The notes beneath the pieces are model-generated. The model did no database searches. It was not told where the DNA came from and worked only from the letters and a program-made list of their open reading frames with translations. The position numbers and the translations under genes are program-made. Of a stretch of DNA of 64,000 nt, positions 11,349-23,548 are shown piece after piece. Position 1 is the stretch's first letter. Each line of letters opens with the position of its first letter. Source of the stretch: Selaginella moellendorffii (lineage: Eukaryota; Plantae; Lycopodiophyta); NCBI RefSeq assembly GCF_000143415.4, contig NW_003314262.1, forward strand, positions 5,287,876-5,351,875. Reading direction: 5' to 3'.

Positions 11349-12069
11349 GCTTCAACGTTCAAAGGTTATAATCTTTCTCTTTTTTCTTCTCACGCTTCTC
11401 TCATGATTTGTTTGCTCCAGGGAAGAGGAGCGCAGCTGCAATGCAAGTATATGTACTCCTGAATAAGGGACTCGAAATGAAGCAATAATAATCTATATCA
11501 ATGTTCTTATTGATTATGTTTGTAACTTAGAAATGCAACAACAACGCTTAAGCTTGCATGCGTTTATAAGTCTGCAACAGCATGCCGCTCTCGCAATCCA
11601 TCATGGCCAAAATGGAGAAGTCATCTGGCAAGCGCTGCACCGCGAGTCTGCCTCCGCAAGAATGACTGTTTTGTTCATTCTAGAAAAATGCAAGAGTGTG
11701 CAAGACGGTTGACCGCTGAGGGCTCTCCGGACATCATACTCTTTGTCGTAGTCTAAACGCTCACTCTTTATTTGCTTCGCTGCTTTGGCTTACAACACTG
11801 CCTGCTGATTCTCACTTTGATTGATCCGACTGTCAGGTCTCGCCTTCCAGCATGCCTTCTATCTTTCTCTACTAAGGGAGAGAAAAAATGAAAGCGGAGA
11901 GCGAGAAGCCTGTCATTCACATGTAAAGCTCGCATGAATGCCTTACCACACACATATCTTACGGGGAAGTGACTGTGCGTTGTGACCATCTTATTAGTCA
12001 CGAGTTTATTCTCCGTGACCACCATGCAAACAAGGCTGGTATACTAATTACGTGCCAAAAGAAGCAGCC

Positions 12070-12830
12070 ATCATTCTACCATCCAGATCTTGCTTATTTG
12101 ATCCAGATCCTTAAGATTGAAACTTGGATCACTTTGCTGAGAGCATGCTTTTCTCAGCAGCCTTCCACACAAGCTTGGGTTCCCAACATAGCTAGGAATG
12201 TGTTGAACTGGCCACCCCCGCTCATTAAATGACAGGTTGAGTGATGACAAAGTGTTCACCTCTTCAAACTCCGTTGGAATCTCTCCGTACAAGCAATTGT
12301 ATGACATCTGCGGAGTCTTCTGGGGAGCTTATATGATAGATGTTGTGGTGTGACAAGTTGAGATATCGAACACTGATTAACCCTCCAAGGCTTGGTCGAA
12401 CCTCTCCACTTAAGGAGTTAGATGACAAGTCCAGCAGAGTAGTCGTCCAAAAAACACATTCCTAGCCCATATTCTCTCGTCCCTTGATTTGCAGAAAGTC
12501 TTGGTGATGATCCCCATATCCCCATCATGTTAGTGGGGACTACCAATAGGTATTTGCACCAGTGAGCAATTGCCAAGAGAGAGACTAAGCACTTGAAGGT
12601 TTTTCAAGCGTCCAAACTCCTTTGGAATGGCTATTCTCTAGATTCATGTCCTTGAGCTTCAACAGCTTTCCCATTATTTCAATTGGAATACTGCCAATAA
12701 ATTCCCTTTTGCATGCCATTCTCAGAGAGGTTAGTGACCTAGAGAAGTTTCTAATAGAAATAGACAAAGAAGCCCTAATTGATAAGTTATTAAACATAGC
12801 CATCGTTTTTGTTCTTTTTGCAAGGGTGGT
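12070..12830 (-). pseudogene. Decayed LRR receptor-like gene fragment
   Basis: Broken frames give FIGSIPIEIMGKLLKLKDMNLEN and SYNCLYGEIPTEFEEVNTLSSLNLSFN...SYVGNPSLCG (plant LRRs plus the C-terminal cap). Confidence 0.7.
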
Positions 12831-14469
12831 GGCAATGATTCTAAGAACAATGCAGCTTGGAAGGGCCTTTTTTGGGGAATGGTAATTCTTCTTCACCAAG
12901 TTACGCTTGAGAACTTGGCCAGGATTTCGAAGCTTTCTCGGCATTGTCTCGCCTTCTCTTTTTTACTACAACTGAGCGTGATCGTTGCAAGTGATGGATC
13001 GACTTATTGATTGATTTTCTCTTCTCTCGAGCTCGACCTACACTAGCGACGTGAATCGGGAGTGAGAGCAGATAGGCCTCCCTCGCAACTAGGTGAAGGC
13101 CATTCCCCACTTTTTCTAAGGGTTTCGAAATTCGTTGGCACTTCCTCTATAATGCCGAATCGCTCGAGGTATATTCGTCCTCTCGCAAGCTTGTGCTCAG
13201 AGAGTTTACAAGAGGTTTCTCTTTCAGGTGTTGGTTGTGATATGCGGTCATTCTCTTTTGGCTCTACTGTTGGTAATGATGACAGTGGCTGCTGCAAGCT
13301 TTGAAATCCTTGCTTTGATGAGTCTTGTTTGATCCAACTCGAACCAGGATAGCTCAGCTCTCACCTTCCATCACTTCTCCAACATGCCCCCGACAGGTTT
13401 TCACAGAAAGTGAAGAGTAGCATATCCTTTCTCGCACCGGCTTCTCTCTTTTTCTCTTTGCATTGTTCGCGTTGGAAGGACGGAGGTGTGCGCTCGGCTT
13501 TTCTTCATTTCCATTGAGCAAGGTAAGTACTTGATCCAGCAAGTTATGGTATGGTCCTCTCAAGTTTTTTTCTCTTCAGCTGCTAAAACTTACAATCAGA
13601 TTGTCTTCCTTCCAGCCGATAAGTTCCTGTCATCCACAAATTGCAATCATAGGACCCCTGTATATCAGAACATGGCCACCATAATGATATGAGTGTATGA
13701 AGGAAGCCATTCATGCGAGCTGCAAAGGTATGCTGCAGTGAGACTGTCTAGGATTCCCCTTTTAAGGATTTCAGGGTTTTTGTGCAGATATCAATATATT
13801 GAAATTTTTTCATAAAATGCATATTCATCTAGCATATTCAGTAAATATTAAATTAAGTCAAACTTGTTAGCTAACACGAATTCCTCTGTGATGCTGATGG
13901 CGCTGCCTGCGTCCATCCATTCACGTAAGTGTGTTCAAGTCACATTTTGACCATTTTACTGTGCTTCATGTGTGTTGATAGCTAGCTTTTTAAATGTTTC
14001 ATGCATGCAACCTAATGTTTGTAAATTTGACTAAATCGCTATTGATGGATCTAAATTTAGGTTTTGAATATAATATACTAATTTCTTTCGATTATTTTAC
14101 CTATATATATATATATATGCATTAGTCACTCTTCATCCCCACACATTCTGGACTATTCTGCCCCACCATTTCAAGTGGTCCCCTTCCTCTTTGGTGTGCC
14201 TTCTCCGCCCCCCCCTCCCCCCAACACACTCACAACCTTCTCCACATTTTGCCCAAAAACAAGGAATTTGTTTTACCAAAAATTGCAAGTCCATTTTATT
14301 TTTTGTTCTAGACATTTTCTAACAATAACAAATGCAAGAATGACAAGAGTTATGTGTTTTAGGTAGATTTTCTTATGTAATATTGCTATATAGTGTGGGT
14401 CAGCTTTCATTTAATTTAAGTACTTTGTAATGTTCATTTTAAAATGTGGATCAACTTTCATTTACTTTG

Positions 14470-15065
14470 TAACTCGAGTCCATCTTCTCGAAATCTTTCT
14501 TGGCCTAGCCAATGCTTCCACACTTCATATACATATCCACGGGTGAGATGGCGACGACAGTGTTGCTCCTTGGCGATCTCTTGGTGCAAAACTCTTCCTC
14601 AATCCAAGCTCGAAACCTCCCATCGATTCTTAATCCCTGTTCCTGAGCTGCCAAACTCGAGCAGGACTTGAGAGCCGCCACAAAAGTCCGCGACAAGATC
14701 TTCTCATCCAAAGCTTGCGAGCTTTCCCGTTGACAACACACCCCATGATGATCGAGTTCCAAGAGACCAAGCTGCGTGCTCTCGAAGATCTTCCTGGCCT
14801 CCACCAAGCTTCAATACTTGGAGTACATATCCACCAGGCTGTTTGATACGCTGCAAAAGGAGATATTTTTCTCCGCTGCTTCTCCGCCTCAGCTTACCTT
14901 CTCGTGCTTTCTCATAGTTTTTAGAGAGCTTTCGAAAACCGGAGTGACGGGACTCTTACCTCTTACATTCCTGTTATCGCTTTCGATTGCGCCACCCTCG
15001 CGACCGATCCACCTGAGCGAGCCCAGCGCAAATTTTCCCTGTTTTAGGGTTCTTCCGCAAATTCC
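14470..15065 (-). pseudogene. Internally deleted copy of the 5' part of the PPR gene
   Basis: Nucleotide blocks nearly identical to about 7090-7895 (e.g. caacacaccccatgatgatcgagttccaagagaccaagctgc) with multiple deletions and frameshifts. Confidence 0.85.
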
Positions 15066-15108
15066 GGGACAAAATCGGGTTTTTGTGGGTTTAGGGTTTA
15101 GGGCAAGG

Positions 15109-16700
15109 ATGCAAGGCGCGGCAGTGTCGCCGGCGTCATCGTCTTCCTCGTCACAGCATCCCCTGTCGCGATTGAGCTTCGGCACAGCGGGCCACGCGCG
15201 CCTTGGATTTGCTCGCCAGAGATTTCCTTTCGGTACCAGTTTGTGTGTTTCTTCTGGCGATCAGGGAAATGCCGAGGATCTGGCCGCGGGATCAAACAAC
15301 AACAACGGCGTCCTCGTGCCGATGGAAGATCGCTCCGCCCCCAGGGTAGGAAAAAATTCTCGAAAAGTTTTTCTTTGATGCTGATTGGGATTTTTTAGGT
15401 GCCAGAGAATGCAAGCGAGCATTCTTCCAAGCTGACTTCCACTGCCGGTCTTTTTCGGACACCAATCTCTGGCGGAGTAGAGAGCGCTACTTCGTCTCAC
15501 GGTTTGCCAAAGCCTGCTCTTGCCGTGAGGAACCTTATGGAACAGGCAATACCTCTTTTTTCTTTTTCCTTGCTTTCTTTTTGACTTGGAGATGAAAGAA
15601 CTTTCTAGGCTCGATATGCTCATCTTTGTACGACTATGTCACGGATGCATCACCGCCGCTCGGGCTATCCGTTTGGAACTTTGGTGGACTTTGCTGCCGA
15701 TGCTCACGGACGTAAGTAGATCAAACTGGTTGCTTTCTATTGACTTGTGAAATTGCAGATCCAGTTTTCTCTCTTTCGCCTTTGGAGATACACACCAGGA
15801 ATTTGCTTGTTGATCCTCGGTGCACGCTCGTTGTTCAGGTTTTCAGTCGCGGGAGGAAATAATAAGTTTTTCTAACGAAGTTTTTTATTTATTTTGTAGG
15901 TCCCTGGATTTAGTGGCCTTGGGAACGCTAGAGCTACACTTTTCGGAGATGTATATCCTCTTCCATCTGAGAAGCAGGTACACCTTATCGTCAAGATTGA
16001 TGTCAATCTTCCTTGTTGTTTTCAGGAGTGGGCGCATAAACAATACACGAAAAAGCATCAGCAGGGAGCCTCACACCAGTGGGGAAACTTTTATTACTAT
16101 CAAATGGAGAGAATCAGGTACGGGAAAGGCGAGTTGAATTTTGTAGGAGAAGATAAAACTCGATTTTGGTGGTCCAGTGACATCCTTTTCGTGGGAGGAT
16201 TTGGCACTGTAGCCTGGGTGGGCGTGGATGAATACGAATCTGTGCAGCCCGATGTCATAGCTGCTGATGGCGATGAAGATACACTCAAGGTAGCATTGAC
16301 TGCTAGAATTTTTTTATGTAGTTTCATCTCTTGACACGACTGCAGGCCTTGAATGCGATCTTCTCGAGACCACTCAAGGAAATGCTCGCCGCCGAGACCC
16401 AGACGGAAGTGGACGAGGCAGCGGTGATCTCGATCGACAGCAGAGGCATAGATATCCGGGTCCGCCAAGGATCCAAGGTACTATTCTTCGCCTTTTCTTC
16501 TTTTTCTTTCTCGTGTTTCTTGTCGTGGGTGTATTTTTTCAAGCTTGGCAAAGTTTCCTAAGTTTCCCCAGCCCCTTATGCAGTTCAATGTGCAGAGGTT
16601 ACCATTCGACGGTGGTCATCCGGTGGAAACTCTGGACGAGGCCAAGGCAGCTCTTTCCAAGCTCATCAAGAAACGCTCCAGAAAGCACACGGCGAGCTAG
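15109..16700 (+). CDS. FMN/heme-binding split-barrel protein (pyridoxamine 5'-phosphate oxidase-like family), probably plastid-targeted; about 9 exons
   Basis: Spliced translation PISGGVESATSSHGLPKPALAVRNLMEQ|ARYAHLCTTMSRMHHRRSGYPFG...HTRNLLVDPRCTLVVQ...FVGGFGTVAWV...IDSRGIDIRVRQG. Ser-rich transit peptide. Telobox-like GGGTTTAGGGTTTAGGG just upstream. Confidence 0.85.
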
Positions 16701-16915
16701 AAGCAGCGTTTGTATCTACTGTACACTGATAACGAAGAAAAACAAAACACCAGGTAAGTGTTTCCTTCTTCCTTTGCGAAGCTGGAAAGTTTTCCAGATT
16801 CCAGAGACTTGTAAACGTAGAAGTCGAGCAAGAAGCTTCTTTTCTGGTGGTGACCACCAAAGAAGTGTTTTCTCTTCGAGGAGAGATGTGATTTTGATCA
16901 TAGACAATGCAAGTT

Positions 16916-17530
16916 CTATCTTCCAGCCTTCTTTTTGCCCGCTACAGCACCTTTCTTCTTTCCTTTGCGCGTTCTTGCGTTGTTCTTGGTTCTCTGGCCC
17001 CTCACGGGCAATCCGGCCTGGTGTCTCTTACCCCGGTAGCACTGGATCTCGATCAAGTGATTGATCGCGAGCTGGTTAAATCTCCTCTAGAAAAGAAAAG
17101 AAAAGAGAACGTTTTTGAGAGAAAGGAAGACTTCTGATAGAAAATGGAACTTTGCGTTACCAGATCGCCCTCGATCATGTATTTGCCGAGCTCGTCACGG
17201 ATTTTGGTGAGCTCCGCGTCGGAGAGATCCTTGGTTCGCTTGTTGTCCATGGCGCAGTCGAGGAGGATCTGGCGCGCGGTCGTCTGGCCCACGCCGTGGA
17301 TGTACTGCAGCGACGACTCGATGCGCTTGTTGTTTGGGATCTCCACACCGCCAACGCGAGCGCATCGAATGCTCAGGCCCTTGGCAATCTATAATGGCTC
17401 TTTCCAGATGATTTTAATGCGAATGGCTTTTGCTAACCTTGAATGTTGGAGGTGAGGAGCGGCGAGACACTGTTCTTGAGAAACTCCATTGCTCAATCGG
17501 TGTTCTCACTGTCGCCACTGCCATAGCCAT
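16916..17530 (-). CDS. RPS13: Nuclear-encoded plastid-type 30S ribosomal protein S13 (3 exons)
   Basis: Exons 17530-17438, 17388-17161 and 17086-16916 give a transit peptide plus [25 protein letters not shown]...EGDLRRFN...[27 protein letters not shown]. Confidence 0.92.
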
Positions 17531-17554
17531 GCCTTCTGCCCTAATTTTATCCGC

Positions 17555-17774
17555 TTGAATCTAGAATATGCTACAATTAAATCAAAAGTTAACTCGAAGT
17601 AATAAATTAGTTGATTTGTTTTAATTAATCATCAAAGCTTGAGTAGCTCAGTTGGCCAGAGCGTTTGAATCTAGAATATGCTACAATTAAATCAAAAGTT
17701 AACTCGAAGTAATAAATTAGTTGATTTGTTTTAATTAATAATCAAAGCTTGAGTAGCTCAGTTGGCCAGAGCGT
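17555..17774. repeat. 110 bp tandem duplication whose first unit ends in a 28-nt 5' fragment of tRNA-Asn (17637-17664)
   Basis: ttgaatctagaatatgctac...ggccagagcgt occurs at 17555 and 17665, nearly identical. Confidence 0.9.
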
Positions 17775-17820
17775 GTGGCTGTTAACCACAAGGTCAGAGG
17801 TTCAACCCCTCTCTCAAGCG
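17747..17820 (+). tRNA. tRNA-Asn (GTT)
   Basis: GCTTGAGTAGCTCAGTTGGCCAGAGCGTGTGGCTGTTAACCACAAGGTCAGAGGTTCAACCCCTCTCTCAAGCG. All four stems pair and the anticodon is GTT. Confidence 0.95.
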
Positions 17821-17932
17821 AATTTATAAAATAAAATACATCACATATTTAGCTTAAATTTTTAATTAAATAACAAAGCTTGAGAAGCTCAGTTATCTAT
17901 AATTATATATTAACCTCTAATTAATAAATAAA

Positions 17933-18006
17933 GCTTGAGTAGCTCAGTTGGTCAGAGCGTGTGGCTGTTAACCACAAGGTCAAAGGTTCGAAACCTCTCT
18001 CAAGCG
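17933..18006 (+). tRNA. tRNA-Asn (GTT), second copy with one T-stem mismatch
   Basis: Same cloverleaf. The T-arm AAAGG-TTCGAAA-CCTCT has an A-C mismatch. Confidence 0.85.
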
Positions 18007-18152
18007 AACTTTAAAAATATAGCTTTTTTTGAATTTTAAATTTTAAAATTAATTTATACGCTTTAATTTTAACTAAAGGCTGGCGATAGGCTCGAGAAAA
18101 TTTCTAAGTTCTAGTTAGTGACCATGGAGCTACTAGGGCAGCGCAATTGGGA

Positions 18153-19253
18153 ATGGCGGATCGAGTAGCGGTGGAAGCGTCGAGGCTCCGCGGTAAGGTC
18201 GCGATTGTGACCGCGTCCACGCAGGGGATCGGATTTGGCATTGCTCGAAGGCTAGGATTGGAAGGCGCCTCGGTTGTTGTCTCCTCGCGCAAGCAGGTAA
18301 CAAAATGAATGTTTTGAGAGAAGAGGTGTGAGTTTTGGGCGAAATTGGAGCTGACCGCTTCCAGAAAAATGTGGACGAAGCTGTTGCGTCTTTAAAGTCG
18401 CTTGGGATCGATGCCTTCGGAGTTGTGTGCCATGTTTCCGACGCTGCCCAGAGGCAGAATTTGATGCAAAAGACTGTCGATGTAAGTCTGACTTCTTCTC
18501 TCCTTGAAAAGCTTAGTTTTTTTTATTTTCTTCTTCTTGTGCCTTGCAGAAATATGGTCGCATCGACATTCTCGTCTCCAATGCTGCCTCAAATCCCTCA
18601 GTGGACACTCTGGTGGAGATCCCCGACAAGGCTCTCGATAAACTCTGGGAAGTTAATGTCAAGGCCACTGTGCAAGTCATTCAGGTACAATCCAGCAACT
18701 TAGTTTCGATCAAACTCTTTAAACTCCTTTTCTTTTGGCCTCTTTGGACAGGCGGCGGCGCCTCATCTATCAGAGGGCTCATCAATTGTGTTGATCTCCT
18801 CCATAGCCGGATATAATCCCTCCCCTGGCCTCGCCATGTATAGCGTCACGAAAACAGCGTTGCTCGGACTGACAAAGGTCTGAATGTTTTCTTTTCTGTC
18901 CTCTCTTTTGGTTTTAAAGTTGTTCTCTCTTTCCAGGCGCTGGCGATGGAACTCGCTCCAAAAACTCGAGTGAACGGCGTCGCGCCGGGATTTGTGCCCA
19001 CGCACTTCGCGAGCTACCTCACAGAGAACGAAGCTGTCGTAAGTTTTTGGTTTCTCTCCTCGATGATCGCGTTGTCTTCGTCCATATCCTCGTTCTTGCG
19101 CAGAGATCAGGCATCGAGTCCCACACGCTGCTGAAAAGACTCGGAACAGTGGACGACATGGGGGCGGCGGTAGCGTTTCTAGTCTCGAGTGACGCATCGT
19201 ACATCACTGGCGAGACAATTGTTGTAGCTGGAGGGATCCAAAGTAGACTATGA
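18153..19253 (+). CDS. IBR1: Peroxisomal short-chain dehydrogenase/reductase (IBR1/SDRA, DHRS4-like), 6 exons
   Basis: [17 protein letters not shown] motif, catalytic [20 protein letters not shown] and a C-terminal PTS1 SRL. Confidence 0.88.
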
Positions 19254-19704
19254 GACTTTGTGCCCTGGATCCAAAGAAGTCTTGCTACCAATCGGATCCC
19301 ATGGTAACTTAAAACGCTCTAAACGCCACAGCCAGCCTCTCGCTGTGGGGTTTCCACCTTCCCTCTGATCAACTAGCCTTGAAAATGTAGCCAATAATCG
19401 TCATTCTCATTTCCTCCCGTGTGACTTCCATCATCAACTAAAACGTATGATAAGAATTTTCACTTGGTCCAGACTTCTTCTCTCCAGGTACAGTCTTTCA
19501 AGGTTGATGATTTGGCACGAACTAGATCATCATCTCCCTTGCATTTTCCAAGCTTCTTAAGACATGGTGAGCATAGTCCGTACGAGTTTTGGTTTTGGCG
19601 GGAATATAAAACCCTGGACTTTCGAGTTTGAGGCTTAGGCTTTTAGGGCTAGCGGCCAGCGCCATCGGATCGTCGGCGCCGCGCCCAGCGCTCTAGCGAG
19701 AGCG

Positions 19705-20160
19705 ATGACGCGGCACACGCAGTCCGGTAAGAAGAAGCAAGCGGCTCGTAGAAAACGTGAGGTAATCTCGTACAAGGAGAATGTGGGAGGTGAAGTCCAG
19801 GATCTGGAGGCTACACCAGACGGTCTATACGATCGGGCTAGGGATGAAGCGCTGTGCATCATTTGTAGTCAAGGTAAGCTACTTGCTAAGTATTTCATCA
19901 CATTTACAAGTTTATTACAGATGGCCGTTTTGGCTATGTGTTTATCCCGTTGTTGCATCAAGTAATGCCGAAAACCTACTATACGCCGGTAAGGAAGTCA
20001 TCGGGTAACATCTTCGTTGGCAAGTAAGAACTTGTTCTAGTGACTATATCAAACTTATTCTGGATTTAGCATGTGGAGATGACGGATCTGCTCACGATTG
20101 CCAAGGATGAAATACAAAACTGAACATCAAACCACTCTGCAGGACTTGATCAGGCAGGCA
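19705..20160 (+). other. Unidentified spliced ORF or gene fragment
   Basis: ATG at 19705 with a basic NLS-like KKKQAARRKR and CIIC, then a GT-AG intron at about 19874-19920. No family recognised. Confidence 0.25.
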
Positions 20161-21430
20161 TTTATGTATGTGCGTGCTGAGGAGGAGAGAAAAAAAGGTT
20201 GTTTTTGTTCTCTGTATAGTGCTGTATTTAACTGAAGGTTTTTCAGAGCTCGACTCCAGTCCTCTTGTCGATACCTCTAGCTTTGCAGATCCTCACAGCA
20301 TATATATTCCTTTATGTGAGTATTTGAAGCCTATCTTAAATTTTCTTTCTGTTTCTATATCAGGGGGGATTGATTGGCCCCGGCCCACCTGCAATGGATT
20401 CCTCCTTTCTTAAGTATATTAAGTATGTTTTATTTTCTTTTATGCATTTTTCTGTGTATAGAAGTTTTTTTTTTTTTTGTTTTTTATTTCTGTACTAGGG
20501 AAGATCAAATGGCAATTGTCTTATGCGGCCCAGCTGTTAGTTAATTAATTTTATTTTCTTTTATGCATTTTTCTGTGTCTATATGATTATTCTAAACTTT
20601 CAAGTCAGTTAAAATAGTGCTTTTGGATTTTATAAATCAATTAATTGATTTTTAATTTTTTAATTTTTTATTTAAATTTTAAAAAGAAAGTAGACACAAA
20701 AAGTTGATAAATTTTTTTTAACTATGTGTTCCAAAACTATGGCCTGAAAGTAATCTTTGGGCTTAATTGACTAAACTAAGCCATCCCTAGCAGATTCCTT
20801 CATTCTTAGGTATTTTATTTATTTCTATTCATTTTGTTATGTATAAAAGCTTTTTTTATCTTTTACTTTTTATTTTTGTATCAAGGAAGATTAATCGGTA
20901 ATTGTCTCCTCCGGCTCACCAATGCTAGATTTCTTCTTTCCAGGGTATATTTAACATGTTTTAATTTTTTTTATGCATATAAAAACTTTTCTGATTTTTT
21001 CTTTGTTTCTTTATCAAGGGATTAAGTCTTGTTTAGCCCATCTTACATCCTAAATAGTTGATAAAGGTGTTATTAACAGTATAAACATTAGTAAAATAAA
21101 TGTTATTTTTTTGTCTGTAAAGGTATTTTATTAATTCTCTTCTAGACACAAGCTGTTACATGAAAATGATAATCTTCGTGATCATTTCAAGCTAAAGTTT
21201 CACGACCACACAGATGTCGACGTAAATAAATTTGATTGATTTTCCATTGGTTATTGACTCTTTTGTGCAAAAAATCAAGTTCAAGGGAAAAAACAAAGTC
21301 TCATGAATAATAATAAATATTATGAAGATGCTTATGAAACAATATTAATACATCTTGTCAATTTACAAAGAAATTTAAATTTTTTGTTACTGATTTAATT
21401 TTTTTATACTTTTATACTTAATTTTGAAAT

Positions 21431-22325
21431 TAATAAGTGAATCTAAAATTAATAATTCATAATTTATATTGATAAAAAATTATAATTAAAAAATACTAAT
21501 AATTTAAAATATTTAATATATATATTTAATCTTGATAAATTACAGATTGGACATTGAGTCCAGAAATTAAAAGAAGAAATAACACACTTTGAGTTTCATC
21601 CATATATAAAAATATTTTATAAAAAAAGGTAATAATTGTTAAAATAGTATTAAAATTATTATAATAAATTATTTTATATTTAATTTAATACTTTTAAAAA
21701 ATTAATGTATGTTGCATAGAGACTAACAACTTTTGGGAGAATATAGTACACATCTTGCATTGCTTCAGTTACTCTAAGTTTAAAGTTATTTTCCCAAAAT
21801 GTAGTAATTATTAAAATAATATTAAAATTAATATAATAAATTATTTATATTTTAATTTAATACTACTAAAAATTGATGCTTATTGCATAAAGACTAATAA
21901 CCTTTATAAAAATATAGGATACATTTTGCATGATGTCCTACTTCAGCTGTTCTAAGTTTAAAGTCATTTTCCCAAAGGTTATTAATCTTTATACAACAAA
22001 GTAGAATTTCATGAACAACAACAGATTTAATGAAAACACTTATAAAATCAGTAAAATAACAAATTTAGTTACTTTATAAAAAAATTTAAGCATTTAGTTA
22101 CTAATTTAAAAAACTTATATACTTTTATACTTATTTTTGAAGATAATAAGGGAATCTAAAATTAATAACTCATTATTTATATTGATAAATTTATAATTAA
22201 AAAATACTAATAACTCAACAAATCTAAGATGTATGTTTAATCTTGATAAATTGGAAATTCGACACTTAAGTCCACGAATTAAGAGAAGAAACAACAGACT
22301 TTGAATTTTCATCCATATATTATAA
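21431..22325. repeat. AT-rich diverged direct repeats (about 190 bp at 21431 and 22144), probably decayed transposon DNA
   Basis: taataag.gaatctaaaattaataa.tcat...tttcatccatata occurs twice. A further shorter repeat pair lies at about 21640-21975. Confidence 0.6.
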
Positions 22326-22751
22326 AAAATTTATTAAACAAAAAGTAAATTATTATAATAAATTATTTAATCTCTAATGTATTACTACTAAAACTTGATT
22401 ACTTATTATTTTTAAATTAATATTTGTATGTTTTTACACTAGATATATTAACAATTATTTATATTTTTGATTTACAACTATTTAGAAAATATTAAAATGC
22501 ACAACACTTTAAAAAAAGAGTTTATTTTGAAACAGCTTAAAACACATAATATTTATGATTGAAAACTTTACTAATTTTATAAATTATTTTATTCTTTACT
22601 AATTGTTTCTTACAAAATGATTAACATCAATATTATATTTAATGAAATAAATTTCTATTGGTTTAAACTATAAGATCATGAACATACATTTAAATTAAAT
22701 TGATTTAATAATTATTTTAATTTAATGGTTATAATTAAATATTACTCGAAT

Positions 22752-23548
22752 TTGCTCAAAGGCTAGGATTGGGAGGCGCCTCTGTTGTTGACTCCTCACG
22801 CAAGCAGGTAACAAAAGGAAAATTTCGAGAGAATTGGGGATCAGTTCCTTCTAGGAGCTGAGGGCTATCGTTTTTTTTTAGAAAAATGTGGATGAAATTT
22901 GCAACATCCTAACTTTGACCCCCTAACTTTGCAACATCCCAAGCTGTTGCAAAGTCGCTTGGGATTGATGTTTCCGATGCTGCCCAGAGGCAAAATTTAA
23001 TGCAAAAGACTGTCCATGTAAGTCTGACGTCTTCTCTCCTTGAAAAGCTTTTTTTTTTCTTCTTTTTCTTGTGCCTTGCAGAAATATGGTCGCATCGAGT
23101 TTCCAATGCCGCCTCAGTGGACACTCTGGTGGAGATCTCCGACAAGGCTCTCGATAAACTCTTGGGAAGTTAATATCAAGGCCACTGTGTAAGTCATTCA
23201 GGTACAATCTAGCAAACTTAGTTTCGATCATACTCTTTTAACTCCTTTTCTTTTGGCCTCTTTGGATAGGCCGCGGCACCTCCCGGGATTTGTGCCTGCC
23301 CACGCACTTCGCGAGCTACCTCACAGAGAACGGAGCTATTGTAAGTTTTTGGTTTCTCTTCTCAATGATCGCGTTGTCTTCGTCCATCTTCTCGTCATTT
23401 CGCAGAGATCAAACATTGAGTCCCAGACGCTGCTGAAAAGACTCGGAACAGTGGACGACATGGAATCCCTCCAGCTACGAGAATCGTCTCGCCAGTGATG
23501 TCACTCGAGACTGGAAACGCTACCGCCGCCCGCAGTAGACTATGAGAC
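22752..23548 (+). pseudogene. IBR1/SDRA pseudogene copy with introns, deletions and an internal inversion
   Basis: Collinear with 18241-19258 including intron sequences. It lacks the 5' end and most of exon 4, and 23465-23531 is inverted. Confidence 0.9.

Noticed and set aside
12900-13700. Gene upstream of the LRR remnant
   Set aside because: Short stop-riddled ORFs with no identifiable domain or consistent splice pattern.
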